From: Vicugna vicugna
Taxonomy: Eukaryota
Length of the DNA: 64,000 nucleotides
Reading direction: 5' to 3'
Assembly: GCA_013265495.1 (NCBI GenBank)
Contig: MU058781.1
Span: 1,716,963-1,780,962 of the forward strand
The notes beneath the pieces were generated by a model, which worked only from the letters and a program-made list of their open reading frames with translations, did not search any database and was not told the origin of the DNA. Below are positions 48,466-61,400 of this stretch, one piece after another. The translations under genes were made by a program, and so were the position numbers. Within the stretch, counting starts at the first letter, position 1. Every line of letters begins with the position of its first letter.

Positions 48466-49197
48466 TAGACAGTGGGGATGGTCTCTTGAAATTTGTTTCA
48501 TTTTGGTCTCTTGAAATTTGTTTTGATTATAATCCAGGTATTAATTTTTATGTGACTTTATGATAAAAATACCAAGTTCCTGCTTACTTTCTACAAATCT
48601 ACCAAGGATTTTATTGCATGGTCTACTCTATGAAATTCAAACTCGCTGTACACTAGCTATGTCACCTTGCATTTCACAGGCACTTTAGTAATGAACTGTC
48701 TCTGCAGATCCATGAGACACCATCTGCATTGCTCAAACAGAAACGGGACCACTGGTTTGGCTGTATTTTTTCCTTATATTTGCTGCATCTGCATACAGCA
48801 CTCTGAAGGGGGCCTACTATTCAGGGAAGAACGCAGAAAGACTGGCGGCCTCCCTGGGATCAGGACATCGTATTTCTATTAAAGTATCAGAAGACTGCAT
48901 TCACACATCACATCAGTCAGTCATTGTCAACAAACTTTACCAGGCACTTCTCATGTTAATTGCTGTCAAATTCAAGCCTTGCCCAACCTATACACAACTG
49001 AATTTTTTTTACTTAAATGGAATTTTAAACCTTTATCCCTTTCGAATTTATCTTCTTTATTTCAGCCCCATCTTTGTACTCTGATAACAGTATCCAAATT
49101 CCTAAATATATATTTATTTTCCCTTTAGGTTTACTAATTTTAAAAATTTTGGCACCTTTATTCAAATCATTAACAAAGAGAAGGGGCACAATCAGGG

Positions 49198-49290
49198 TGT
49201 TATGGACTGAATGTTGGTGTCTCCCATATTGATAATTTGGAGTCTTTACCCCAATGTGATGGTATTTGTTGATGGGGCCTCTGGTAAGGG
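49198..49290 (+). mobile_element. MLT1 (MaLR) LTR 5' fragment
   Basis: 'tgttatggactgaatgttggtgtctccc...cccaatgtgatggtattt...ggggcctctgg'. Confidence 0.65.
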
Positions 49291-49806
49291 GTTAATATCC
49301 AAAATATATAAAGAATCATACAACTCAATAGCAAAAAAAAAAAAGCTTGATTAAAAAATGGGCAAAGGAACTAAACAGACATTTTCCCAAAGAACACACA
49401 CACACGGCCAACACACATCTGAAAAGATAAACATCACTAATCAGAGAAATGCAAAACCATAATGAGCTACTACCTCACACCTGTCAGAACGGCTGTTGTC
49501 AAAAAGACAAGAGTTAGCAAAACTGTTGGCAAGGATATGAAGAAAGGAAACCCTTGTGCACTGTTGGGAATGTAAATTGGTGCAGCCATGATGGAAAACA
49601 GCATGGGTGGTCTCAAAAAGTTAAAAATTGCCATGTGATCCCAGAATCCCACTCGGGATATACCCAAAGGAAGTGAAAACAACATCGCAGAGATGCCTGT
49701 GCCCCCATGTTCACTGCAGCAGCAGCAGCATTAACAAAGGCTGATATATGGAAACAGTCTAAGCATCTGTCAACAGATGAATGGATAAAAGAGAGGTAAT
49801 ACACAT

Positions 49807-49854
<48 letters not shown>

Positions 49855-50430
49855 TGGAATATCAGCCATGAAAAGGAAGGAGATCCTGCTGTTAGAACAA
49901 CTCAGATGGACCTTGAGGGCGTTATGCTAAGTGAAATTAGAGACAAATATGCTGAATCTAAAAAAGCCCAGGGGGGAGGGTAATAGCTCAGTGGTAGAGC
50001 ATGTGCTTAACGTGCACGAAGTACCTGGGTTCAATCCCCAGCACTTCCTTTCATTAAAATAAAAAATAAAAAAGCCAAACCATAGAAACAGAGTGGTAGT
50101 CACCAGGGGCTAGGAAGTGGCGGAAATGGGGAGATACTGGTCAAAGGGTACAAACTTCCAATTATAAGATTAGTAAATTCTGAAAATCTAATACACAACA
50201 TTTTGACTATAGTTAACAATACTGTATTATATACTGGAAAGTTGCTAAGAGAATAGATCTTAAATGCTTTCACCACAAAAAAATGGTAATTATGCGACAA
50301 GATGGCGATGTTAGCTTGCTAATGCGATGGTGGTACTAATTTCACGATACATAAGTGTGTCCAATCATACTGTACACCTTAGACGTACACAGTGCTACAT
50401 GTCACGTATGTCTCAAGCAAGCTGGGAGAA
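49291..50430 (+). mobile_element. L1 3' portion containing (CA)n at ~49800-49854 and a nested SINE
   Basis: 'gttaatatccaaaatatataaagaa...caactcaatagc', 'aatgtaaattggtgcagcc', 'caacagatgaatggataaa'. Confidence 0.85.
49971..50066 (+). mobile_element. tRNA-Ala-derived SINE nested in L1
   Basis: GGGGGGAGGGTAATAGCTCAGTGGTAGAGCATGTGC...TTCAATCCCCAG; TSD 'taaaaaagcc' on both sides. Confidence 0.9.
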
Positions 50431-51750
50431 AACAGCAGCAGCCCCATTCTCAGCAGTGGTTCGCGGTGTCTGCTTGAACCCTGAGTCTCACCTTCTCTAA
50501 GCTACCAGGATTCAACCGTCTTCAGAAGATCAGCAGCTGGTTAATGTTCCTCTGCAGGCCTTTCAGAGACGCCTTCAGAGAAGGGCACCCGCGGGGCCTT
50601 CAGCTCCTTAGTTACCCGCTTCTGCTTCATCCACCGACGCACCACAGGGAGGGGTGTCTGGGTCAAGAGTGACCCATTCCCACACTAAGAGAAGGCTTTT
50701 TCCTTCAACCAAAACAAATAAACCCACTTAGCGTTCCTTTAATGGGTTTGTAGCGGTCAGTCCACAGAATGCTGGTCAGATTACCATCCAGTAAGAAGTG
50801 AAAACAGAACTTTTTTCCCTGGTTAAAATTATACAAAAATCAAAGCCCCAAAGCAAGCCTAGTCCAGTGACAATCTTGCTATTTTCAATCATTACCAGCA
50901 TTGTTACTGTTGTTATCAATATTTTAATACAGGGCAAATAACACAGTACAGAGCTCAGGCGAAGGAACGTTCGTTACAATAGTGGACGGCACTGAGATAG
51001 CCCAGACATAAACCCTGCATTTTAACCTCCATTCCCTGACATCCAACTGGCTGATTCAGGAATAATTTGCACTGTTTGCCATAAAAATCTGGAAAAATTT
51101 AAAAAATCAAATAATTAAGTTCTTTAGCCAAATGACCTCTACCCACCTTTCTAAGCCTCCTCTCCTTCCGGGTGCCTGCGTGTACCCTCTGCTCCAGGCA
51201 TATCTGAGTATCTGAGGTTCACCCAATGCTTACCCGTCTACTCCCCACCCCCCCCACCCCCACTGTAGGTGTTCTTCCTTCCAGCTGGAGGACCCCCAGC
51301 TGTCTTTTGGTTTTCCCTGACCACTCTCCTTCTCCCAAACTGGTCAAGATCCTAGCACACATTAGTCACTCAATAAGCGTTGGTGGATAAATCAATGAGT
51401 TTGCCAGAATTGTGCCAGGAATGAGTCTTGCAAACTTCAGGGGTCCACTTTTGACCTCTTTTCCTTTGACAACACTCTTCTTTGACAGGTTTAGACAGTT
51501 ACCAGGATTATTATGTGTGAATATATACAGGGCAAGTAAAGACTGCTGGGGATTAGGGAAAAGGAAGAAAGACGCCAGAAGAGCTTTGATAAAGCATCAC
51601 TGGATCGTAAAGTAGAGGGGGGCCGCAGTCATCCCAAAGTCGTAAAGAGACCCATCACTCGGTGGAAGCCAGATAGCAGGACTCAAATATCTTCTTTGTT
51701 CTAGATTTTTTAACATAAATATCAATATTTAAAACTTACTAATTTCAATT

Positions 51751-52218
51751 CAGGCAAGATCTTGGAGATACTGTAGGTTTGGTTCCAGACCACCGCAATA
51801 AAGCATGTATTGTGACAAAGTGAGTCACGTGAGGTTTTTGTTTTCCCAGTACATATAAAAGTTATGTTTATGCTGTACTGTTCTTTATGTCTATGCCCCC
51901 CTGAAGTATATGAAGTGTGCAACATCATTATGTCTAAAAAGTGTATGTACCTCAATTATAAAATACTTTATGCTGAAAAATACTAACCATCTTCTCGCCT
52001 TCAGCGAGTCATAGCAGTAACAGCAAAGATCACTGTAACACATATAACAAAACAGTTTGAAATAGTCTGAGAATTGCCAAAATGTGACAGAGAGATACAA
52101 AGCGAGCAAATGCTGTTGGAAAAGTGGCACGGACAGCCTTGCTAGATGCAGGGTTGCTACAAACCTTCGATATATAAAAACGCAGTATCTGGGGAGCATG
52201 ATAGATCCAGTTTGCCTA
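51751..52218 (-). mobile_element. Internally deleted Tigger1 (both termini, no transposase)
   Basis: Left part 'caggc...ggttccagaccaccgcaataaagc' and right part 'tgctgttggaaaagtggc...gcagggttgctacaaaccttc' resemble the two ends of Tigger1. Confidence 0.8.
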
Positions 52219-55200
52219 TACAGTATTTTAAACACTTTTCTAGTATGCTGTGTGCGTATAAGCATTTAGTCACCTGTGTATCTATATATTGTGAGGTGGT
52301 GCCGCTGGCTCACTTCTTGGCTCAGAATTCTCTGCAAACTGGTGGGGCAGCCAGTCCTCTTTACACGAGAGCCCGAGCAACATATCTTGGGAGGGAACTC
52401 TTCCCAGGAGGTGCACTGAGGGAGGAGGCAGATACAGACAAGGCTAGCTTAGTAACAAAGCTTTGGACATGAGAGGAGCAATGCTGGGTACAGACTCTGT
52501 TACTTGGGATTCTTCGTGGCTCAGTTCCCTGTGGGACCCAGGGAGAGAACACAGTGATGGAAAAAGTACAGGATGTACTTAAATTTGCATGCAGCGCTGG
52601 GGCTGCAGGAGAGGAGTGCTTTGTGATCTCTCTAGCACAGAACAGAAATGAAGAGACAGGATTCTTTTCAACTTTTCCATAGAATACGGCTTGGAGTTGG
52701 ATGCCTGCGGGGCTCTCTGAATCAGCAGTTGGTACCCAGCAGAGACTGGATACCTGATGTGAGCATCAGTGACTTCTGCCAAGCAGCAGCGCTCGGCAGG
52801 CACTCAGCACTCCACAGACCCAGTGGGGGATGTTAGGTGGTTGTGGGGCACACGCCTGACCCAGCAGAAGGGGATCTGAGCAAAGGAGGACTATTCTCAT
52901 GAAATAACTGACCAGAATTACTCCTAACAACCCTGTGAGAGCTCCTGAAACACCTGTCTGGGTACGGGTGTATGCCGAAGGTGGAGGCAGTGAGTGCAGT
53001 GGATTTATGAGGAGCTGGGGACAGAACTGCTGAAACATAGATGTGTGGACACAAAGTATTGTGAACGATCAGCGATGCATCTCTCCAGCACACAATGGTC
53101 CCTGGTTAACAAAGATATGAGAAAAATATTTCCGATTAAGTCTCAAAAACAGATTTTAAAAACTTCAAAAAATATATTCACAAAGCTTAATTTGTGAATT
53201 AATTTGTTGGTTATGCAGAAATTTGCCAAGTTTAAGGAAACTGAAATTTTACTAACCAAATACAAATTCTTAATAATGAACAGTTCCCCCCATCACCACC
53301 CTGGTCACTCTGCAAATTATGGCCTTCTCTCCAAGAATATGGAAATAAAATCCAAACACATTATTTCTTTCATAACTATCTAGCCTCATGAAAAGGTATT
53401 AAATAACTTGCTTTAATTTCAAGTGAATAAAATGAAATCTGCTGTACAGAACAAAGAGCATCAATTTCACAATTAAAAAAATAAAGTTATTCTGTGATTC
53501 GATGCTGGACATGTGAGCAGCCCAAAAAGGTGCTAAGGTTGCAATGCAAGATAATTTGTAGTGATTATTACAACTTCTATTTCCACAGGAAGTTGCGAGT
53601 GAATACCAGACTCCTTGGAGATTTAACCCAAAGCCAGACAACTGTATTCAGGACACCTTGGAACTCTACCAGCTTCTGAATTTGGGGACATGGGGAAGAA
53701 TAAAGCTCTTTCACAATTAACAGCAGCGATGAAAGGACATTCTGTTTGTATGTGCTCTGGTTATCAAGTACTGACCGGAGGGGAAGCAGGTTGGCTATTC
53801 TGCATGTACAAGTGGTGTCCTTTTAAACGGGAAAACAAAGTAAAGCTCTTAATGGTTTCTTGCAAAAGACGTGAGCCAGATTTTATTTCTAACTTTTAGG
53901 CAATAATCATACCTATCTATTCTACATCTATGTATATATTCCAATCTATTTCTATTTCTAATGTTCTAAAAATATCTACAGCATTTCAGTATATTTATGG
54001 TAAAGTCAAATGAGGTGTTCTTTTACTGCTAATAGTAAGAGACAATCTGTGAGTCGTATGGATAGACTGTTTACATTATGTGGACAGACTGTTCTATATT
54101 TTCCTTCTTTCAAGCTATAAAACCAATCAGTATGGGGAGTTACTGAGCAATCCAGAGCCTTTCCCTACTGAATGAAATCCTTATCACATCCCTTTTCTTT
54201 GTTTGAGACATATGATCCTAGTGACAGCTGATCCACACTTCGCTGTGTAAAGCCTCTTGTAAGAGGTGAAGGAAAATCACACCCTTTCCTTAACATTTTA
54301 ATCCAGATAATGTCAAGTCAAATGGAGCATCATTAGCAGGCTCTAAGAGGAAAATAAATCATCAAAAGGCAAAATGCAGCTTGAGCTGTGTGTGAAAAAG
54401 ATGGCCTTTTTCATGGCCACCTGACCTTCGTGACGGTTAGGGTTTTACAAACTAATTTTAGATATTTCATGTTATTTTGAGCATCTCCTGTGATATCACC
54501 TTAACTAACTAATCAACATTCAATCATCAGCCCAACAAGATCTCTCAAAGCACTGGGCTGATGGAGAGAGACAACTCTGTTTGGGGAGGGGGGGGTGTAG
54601 AGAGAAGAGAGTGGTAACACGTGTTATCTATTTGATGGACAATAAAATGCAGAAGAAAGTGATTTATTACAATCACACACCATGCGGGGCTAAGCCAATT
54701 GCCTTTGCCAAGCTACTGTGTCAAAATTAAGAAAATTATGTAAATATAAGTCTCTGACCCCCATTTTTGTTTAATTAGCACTGTATCACAACCTCCTCTC
54801 CAGGTTCTTCCTGAGCTATTGTTTTGCATCCTGCTAAATGAGCACTTTTATGACATATTACTATCCTTAATCTTACCGATAAATCATTTCTCGTCAACGG
54901 AGAACAAAAAGCATTTTGTAATGTTTTCTCAATTTTCTTTAAAGTGCTCAGTAATGGATGCTTTAAGCCCTCCCCCCTAGCCTCCCCCTCCATCTCTGCA
55001 GCCAACCAGACAGCTGACCCATTCTTTGCCTATCTAAGAATTTTGAAGCTACTATTGGAAATAAATATAAAACATAGTATATTTTTAGCTTCATATATGG
55101 TGCCAGTGTCCAAACTATGTAGGATCAATGTGTGATTTGGAAGTGAACTGAGTGGATAGAACTGAAATCAGTGAAACTGAAATCTGCAGCCTTTTAACGC

Positions 55201-57639
55201 TGAGTAATTTCCGTTTGGTAAGTTGGGTTACTTTAGGCATTTCATTCATTCAACAGTTTTTCAGTTTAACTTCATGCAAGCAAGGTCTTTTGAATGCTTA
55301 CCTGCAGTGTAAATTTTAATAGAATTGTTTTAAAGTGAATAAATGCCTATCTGAAACAATTATAAATGTATCATAAACATTAAAATGGAGTTAAAGAAGC
55401 ACAACCATTTTCAGTCATGTGAGTAATGTAAGAGATTACCAAATTTTCTTTAAAACGTGTGTGCGTCCATCTACTCCTTTGTCAACTAGAAACCAGTTGA
55501 ATTCTATGAAATAAACATACCCAAAGTACGCTAATTGTTATCTTCACGATCTTATGGTTTTAAAAATATTTTCTTGGCAAAAGTCTTCACCAAGTTTTAC
55601 CTTTCAGCACTCAAAGGTTATCTGATTTTCCTTTTTGAATATAGCTTTTTAGAACTGAATCGTAGAGAATGTTAACTACTATAACTAATGCAGCTATGAA
55701 AATTTACAGCGTTTTCCCTCCCAGTTTTTAACAGAAAAGGTAAATTCAGTAACACTAGTGGCGGGTAGCCCTGGGCAGTGGGTACTTTCCTGTTGGCTGG
55801 AAGCAGGTGGGGATTGGCTGTGCTGTGATTGGCTGGCTTCAGTCCGGAGGGCTGTTCCCATCGGAAGAGAACGGCCCACGAGCTGTAATAATGGCTTGTA
55901 GGCTCTCCTTTCCTCCTTTCCTTGTCACTTACTGATTGAGTCATAAAGAAAAGCACTATACACTCCTCCATTAGTTACTTACAGCTGTCATGAAACATGT
56001 TTTTTAATTTTTTTTCACTTTAAAACAATATGTCAAGGAATTCTTAATTTCAGAATTACCCCCAAAGTCATAGATTTGTTCACTATAGAAGCTATAGATG
56101 ATAAACAGTAATAATCAATGTAAACAGTTAGAATGTGTTCACTGGGCATCAGCCATTGTATTTATCGGGCATATTACATACTATTAGCTCACTTTATTCT
56201 TTCAACTACTCTATAAAGTAGGTATTTTCATCTCCCTTAACAGATCAGGAAAGTGAGGCTCAGAGAAGGAAAGCAACTTGCCTAATTTCATAAAGCTAGA
56301 AAATCATGCACCACCCTGCTTGGCAGAAAGCTGCACCTTCCTGCCACTCACTCTCGCGGCGATTACTTTTCGCCAAGCCCGTGTCTGGCGTGTGGGGTCG
56401 GGCATGAGAGAGGTAATAAGGCATTCAGTGCGGTCTTGCAAAGAACGGGAGTTTTACACGGGTTCTGGTCTTGGTTCTCACACTAAGCAGCTGCATAACC
56501 TTGGGCAAAACATGATCTGAGTAACATCTCCACTGTCTATAAACTGAGGAAAGTGATCCTAACTTCATGGTGAAGCGCAGGTGATTTCATACTTGTAAAA
56601 GCATCTATGATGGGGCTGTACACTGAGGAGACGCTCAATAGACAATCATTCATTCACTGTCCTGGATTTTCAAATCCCAGCTCAGCTGTGCACCATCCTG
56701 TCCTTCTATGGCCTGCATCATACCTGGATGATCTGCAGGGAGTGGCATCTTACAGGAGAAACGTCCCTTCTTTAATTAGTGTTTAACTCCACAGGGATAA
56801 TTTTTTTTTAAAAAATCTTGAAGATATCTTTTTAAAAATTAAAGGAGGAAATGCAGTAGTGCAATAAAGGAGAGTAACAAAACTCCAGTTTGAGTTTTAA
56901 CACTGGAAGAGGACCCCAGGGATATCCAAGATAAATGTTCCCAAAGACAGCCCCAGGTAAATTAGCTGTTGGAGGAGAGGAGGGGAGAGGATGCTGCGTG
57001 CAGTGGATCAGAGCCCTTCATGGCTGCCTTCCTATGAGGAAACACGAGCATCATGGTGTATAGCCTGAGTAAAAGTGCTTTCTCTACTCCTGCATGCTTC
57101 TTTCCCTGTACTGCCTCAGTTTCCCCTTCTGCAAAAAGGAAATTATGGCCCCAACTCCCAGGCGTGCCGTGAGGATGAGAAAATATAGGCAAGGTTCTCA
57201 GAACAGGACCTGGAACTATCTTTACTATCGAGAACGCAATACGTGTGCTTAGTTGCTATTGTTGTCAGTATTCAGCTGTGCTCTCTCTTCGCACAGGGGA
57301 AAATAGCCTTATTCCTTTACTTAACGTTGAGAATGACAAGCACGCCCGCCAATTCATCCTTTAGTTCTCTAAAACTGCACGGCTGCCGAGTCTGACCTTG
57401 TAAGGTCTTTCAGATGTGCACTCAGTCGGCCAAGAAGTGCTATTCAAATCAGGCCTTTAATGCAGACCCGAAATCCAAACCCATTTTTAACTTGGGAAAA
57501 ATATAAAGGAATAAAAACATAAAGAAGGGTAAAATAAATATATCGCACATTAAAACTGTATCCATTTGTTTCAAATCTTTCAAAATTAAATTCATATTTA
57601 CTGAATATACCTAAGTAGGTGCTGGGAACTGAGAAATAC

Positions 57640-58430
57640 AATATAATTGATAAAGTTGTCATTCCCTTGGTATATCTCCCTAATCCTCCATCCCTTCTTC
57701 CTTCCTCAGATATAAGTATTGCAATAAATTTGATGTCAAGCCTTCTTGTCCATGTGTTTAGACACTTTATATCCGAGTATTCACAAACAAAAATAGCATT
57801 GTTTTGTACATTAAGGGTGTATATAAATGATCATATTTGATTTCTGCAGCTTGACCCAGTCATGCTGACATGCGCGGGTCTAGTTCATCCCCCGTAACTG
57901 CTGTGTAGTATTCCACCAGGTGTTACTTATCCATTCCCTTCCGAGTGGATGATATTTTAGGTCATTTCCAGTTTTTTGCTATTACAAATAATTATGCTTT
58001 CTACAAATCTCTTTATGTTCATAAGTGAGAATTTCCAATTTTATTATATTGCTCTAAAAAAGTTATGGCACTTGCTACTGTCAGCGTTTTAAGTTTCTGA
58101 CAAGCTCACGGGTGTGGTGCGGCTTTAAGTCTGCATTTTCTTATTACTACTGTGGTTAGGCACGTCTTTCAATGTTTATGGGCTGTGGTTTCCTCTGCAG
58201 TGAGCTGCCACTTAATAATCCTCATCCATGTTTCTGATGGATTGCTTGCCTTCTGTTCACTGATTTATAGAAGTCATTTGCATATATACACCAATCTATA
58301 TTGTTATACAGATGGCAAATACCTTCTCCTAGTCTGTTGCTTGTTTTTTTAATCTCTGCCTATGGTGCCTTGTCATCTCAAGATTTAACATTTTGATATG
58401 GTCAAGCTTGTCACTTTTTATGGTTTGTTT
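57640..58430 (-). mobile_element. Old L1M relic
   Basis: 'actgctgtgtagtattccac', 'ttccagttttttgctattacaaat', 'tgatttatagaag'. Confidence 0.6.
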
Positions 58431-61400
58431 CTTCAGTCTTGCTGAAAATACCATGGGTAGCAGGAATGCTAACTGGTATAATGAAACAAGCGATGGGGTA
58501 GGAGACAAGAGACCCTGCCTGGATGAAGTGGGTCTGAGTCTCCGGTTCCCCATTTACCAGCTGTGTGACTGAACAGAACAATCTGAGTCCGTTTCCTCTT
58601 ACGTCACACCCCCGCCCATTTACCCAACGAGTGTTCTGCGGGGTCTGTTACACGCTGGCGCCACTCTAGTGTGGGAATCGCAGTGGTGAACAAGACATCC
58701 AAAGTTCTTCCCCTCACAGAACTTATACTGCAGTGGGGGGGATAGGCAATGAATAAGTAAACAAATATAATATTAAAAAAAAAGCAACTAACTCACATAC
58801 AATTGAGATGCTGTGAAAGCGTTCTGTATTGAAAAGCATTATATAAACATATGGTATTGTGAGCATCACCATGGGGGACTGTGGAAAGTTCCAAAGTTGC
58901 TCACAAACTGAAGGTGTAATTATCCAATTTTTTTGGAAAGTGAACTGTTAGGGAGTCAAGCCATACAAGACAAAATAACTACCAGGTAGGAAAGGGTTTT
59001 ATGCTGGAGAGCATCATGGACTTTGACCAGAAACCTGGAGACTTCATTCTGTTTGGTTCAAAGCCCTCCTCCAGCCTTGGCTGGATCAGTCCTCTTAGCA
59101 ACAGCTTCGAGCCTCCCAGGCTGGTCTACTCGCTGCCCTTGACACGCCCAACGAGTCTCCTACTTTCCCCACCTAATCTCAGCCTCTTCTGACATCGTCC
59201 TCTCCTAGATGGTGAAAAGTAAGTCCCGCATTGCCCACTTATTCTGGTCTTACACATACACTTAAATTTCTAATCAAGTTTCACTACTTCCAAACCGACG
59301 GGGAAAGGTAGGAAAAACAGCAGGATACATATACACACATATTCTCTTTCCTCATTATTTCCAATACAACATACAAATCCAAAAATCTGCTCTATTTAGG
59401 GTTTTAGCAACTGAAGTAATGACGACCCAGTGGGAGAGGCAGAACACGGAAGACACATTTCCTTGTAACTTCCTAGGGGTTAAGGCATTAGACTGAACAG
59501 TTAAGAAGCTCAAGACACAGGCAATTTCATGCAGGCGGCTGGGCAAACAGATGAAGTTTAATCTGATTATGGGGAACTCTTAGGATTTTCCAAACTTGTG
59601 ATTCAAATCCATTACACAATTACCAAAATATTCAGTTTTATGACTGCATCTACAGTTGAGAACCATTCAGTAAGAAAAACTGTTCTGAAACAGGCACATA
59701 GTTCGGCTTTTCATTTTTCACCAACAGACCTCACGGAGCCTAAAGTAAAGGAGCCGAAATCAGAGAATAAAGTCTTTATCACTTTTTCATTCTCTCCAGA
59801 AAAAGTCCTGAATGTTAAAACTAAAACCCATTATCTCAGGAATATAAACATTTTCTAAATGTAAATCCACGTAGATCAGTCAAGTTAGCGTTTCAAAAAT
59901 GTCTACCCCAGGCATAGTGGAAAACGTTAGGTGTGTAAAGATGAGCATGATCAAGTTTCTGCGGAAGGCAGCACCAGTTCTGAGGATCTGTTCTCAGCTA
60001 GTTTGTGTATTATGAGGGGCTTTATACATTATCTTATTTGACCCAATATTCCCTACATGTTATTATATGTATTTTGTAGATGAGACAAATGGAGTAGAGA
60101 ATTGAACCCAGGAGTGTGTGGTGAAAGAGGTTACGTTTTCACAAGTCGACAACACAAAAACAAGTGAGAACTAACACATTAGTTGGGCCCCTTTATCACC
60201 TCCTCATCCAGGCTCTCGCAGCCCCAGCTGCGAGAACCGATTAATCTTCCTAAATGATGCTTTCAACATTTGACTCTCCCATTTCAAAAACCTGGCTTAC
60301 AAAACCTAGAAGAAAACTTCCTAGCTTCAGATTCAGGACTCTCTGAAATCTGACTTGATCATCCTATAATGCTGGTCCCCAGCCTCCACAAATACAAACC
60401 TTTATGCAGCACCCAGTCCCTGTGAGGTTCTCTAAAAACACGGCCTGGTCCATGAGCTGCTCATAGTATCGACTTTTCTCACATGCATGTTGCATGAGTT
60501 ATTTCTCTCTGGTTCCTCACAAAGTTATTTCCCTAAATGAATGAATGTCCTGCTCGATTCTACTTTTCTCCTATTCCCTACATATCAAAATCCAACTTAC
60601 TCAAGATCCAATGTGATCCCAACTCCTTCATGATCATACACCAAACGTTTTTGCTGGAAAGTTGGTCCCTCATTCCTGTGAGCCGCTAGAGCAAGATTCC
60701 AAGTTCACGTGCACCTGATTCCCAGAGTGCAGATTCTGAAGCCCCTTCACTTGGATTCAGATTCATTGCAGCTTCACCCAGCCTGGGACCGTGCGTTTAC
60801 ACACGTCTGTGTCACTCTGTTCATGCTCCCTCTCCCCACGCTAGCTCTTGACAATGGGTTTGATTCTTTCTCCTCTCACTGAACTGCCTCGTCTTCTGAG
60901 AACTCTGGTGTCATACGGACAGTCCTGATCTCAGTTTTGTCCATCCCGAGGATTTCGGCTCTTCAATTACCAGCCGCTCCTGGCCCTGATCACAAGTGGG
61001 GCCTGATAAAGCAGCACAAGTTACTCAAGCTGTAGGGTTTAGATTATTTTTTTTTGGTAATTAATCAACTAGTCACCTTATTAGATTGTCTTATTAATGG
61101 ATAACATGTTACACAGACACAAAGCACATTTACTGGCCTAAGTGACTTGATGGCTCAGCTACTGACTCGTTTCTAGGCTCGCCCTGGAGGATGCAAGATT
61201 CTCCCCCTGCACTGCAGATTTCTGGGAGCAGGAACTTTCTATTTAAATTGACAGTGCACAGCACACTGCTACTGATCACATGCTGAATGAACGAACCAAT
61301 GGGCTTATCCAACCAAAAGTTTACCAAGGCAATGTATTTTCACATCTCCTTGGTGTTGATTTTAAAGAACTTGGTATTCAGCATAGAGCACATTTCTCTT

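Noticed and set aside
54414..54428. ERE-like GGCCACCTGACC
   Set aside because: The spacer is 2 nt rather than 3 and one half-site is imperfect.
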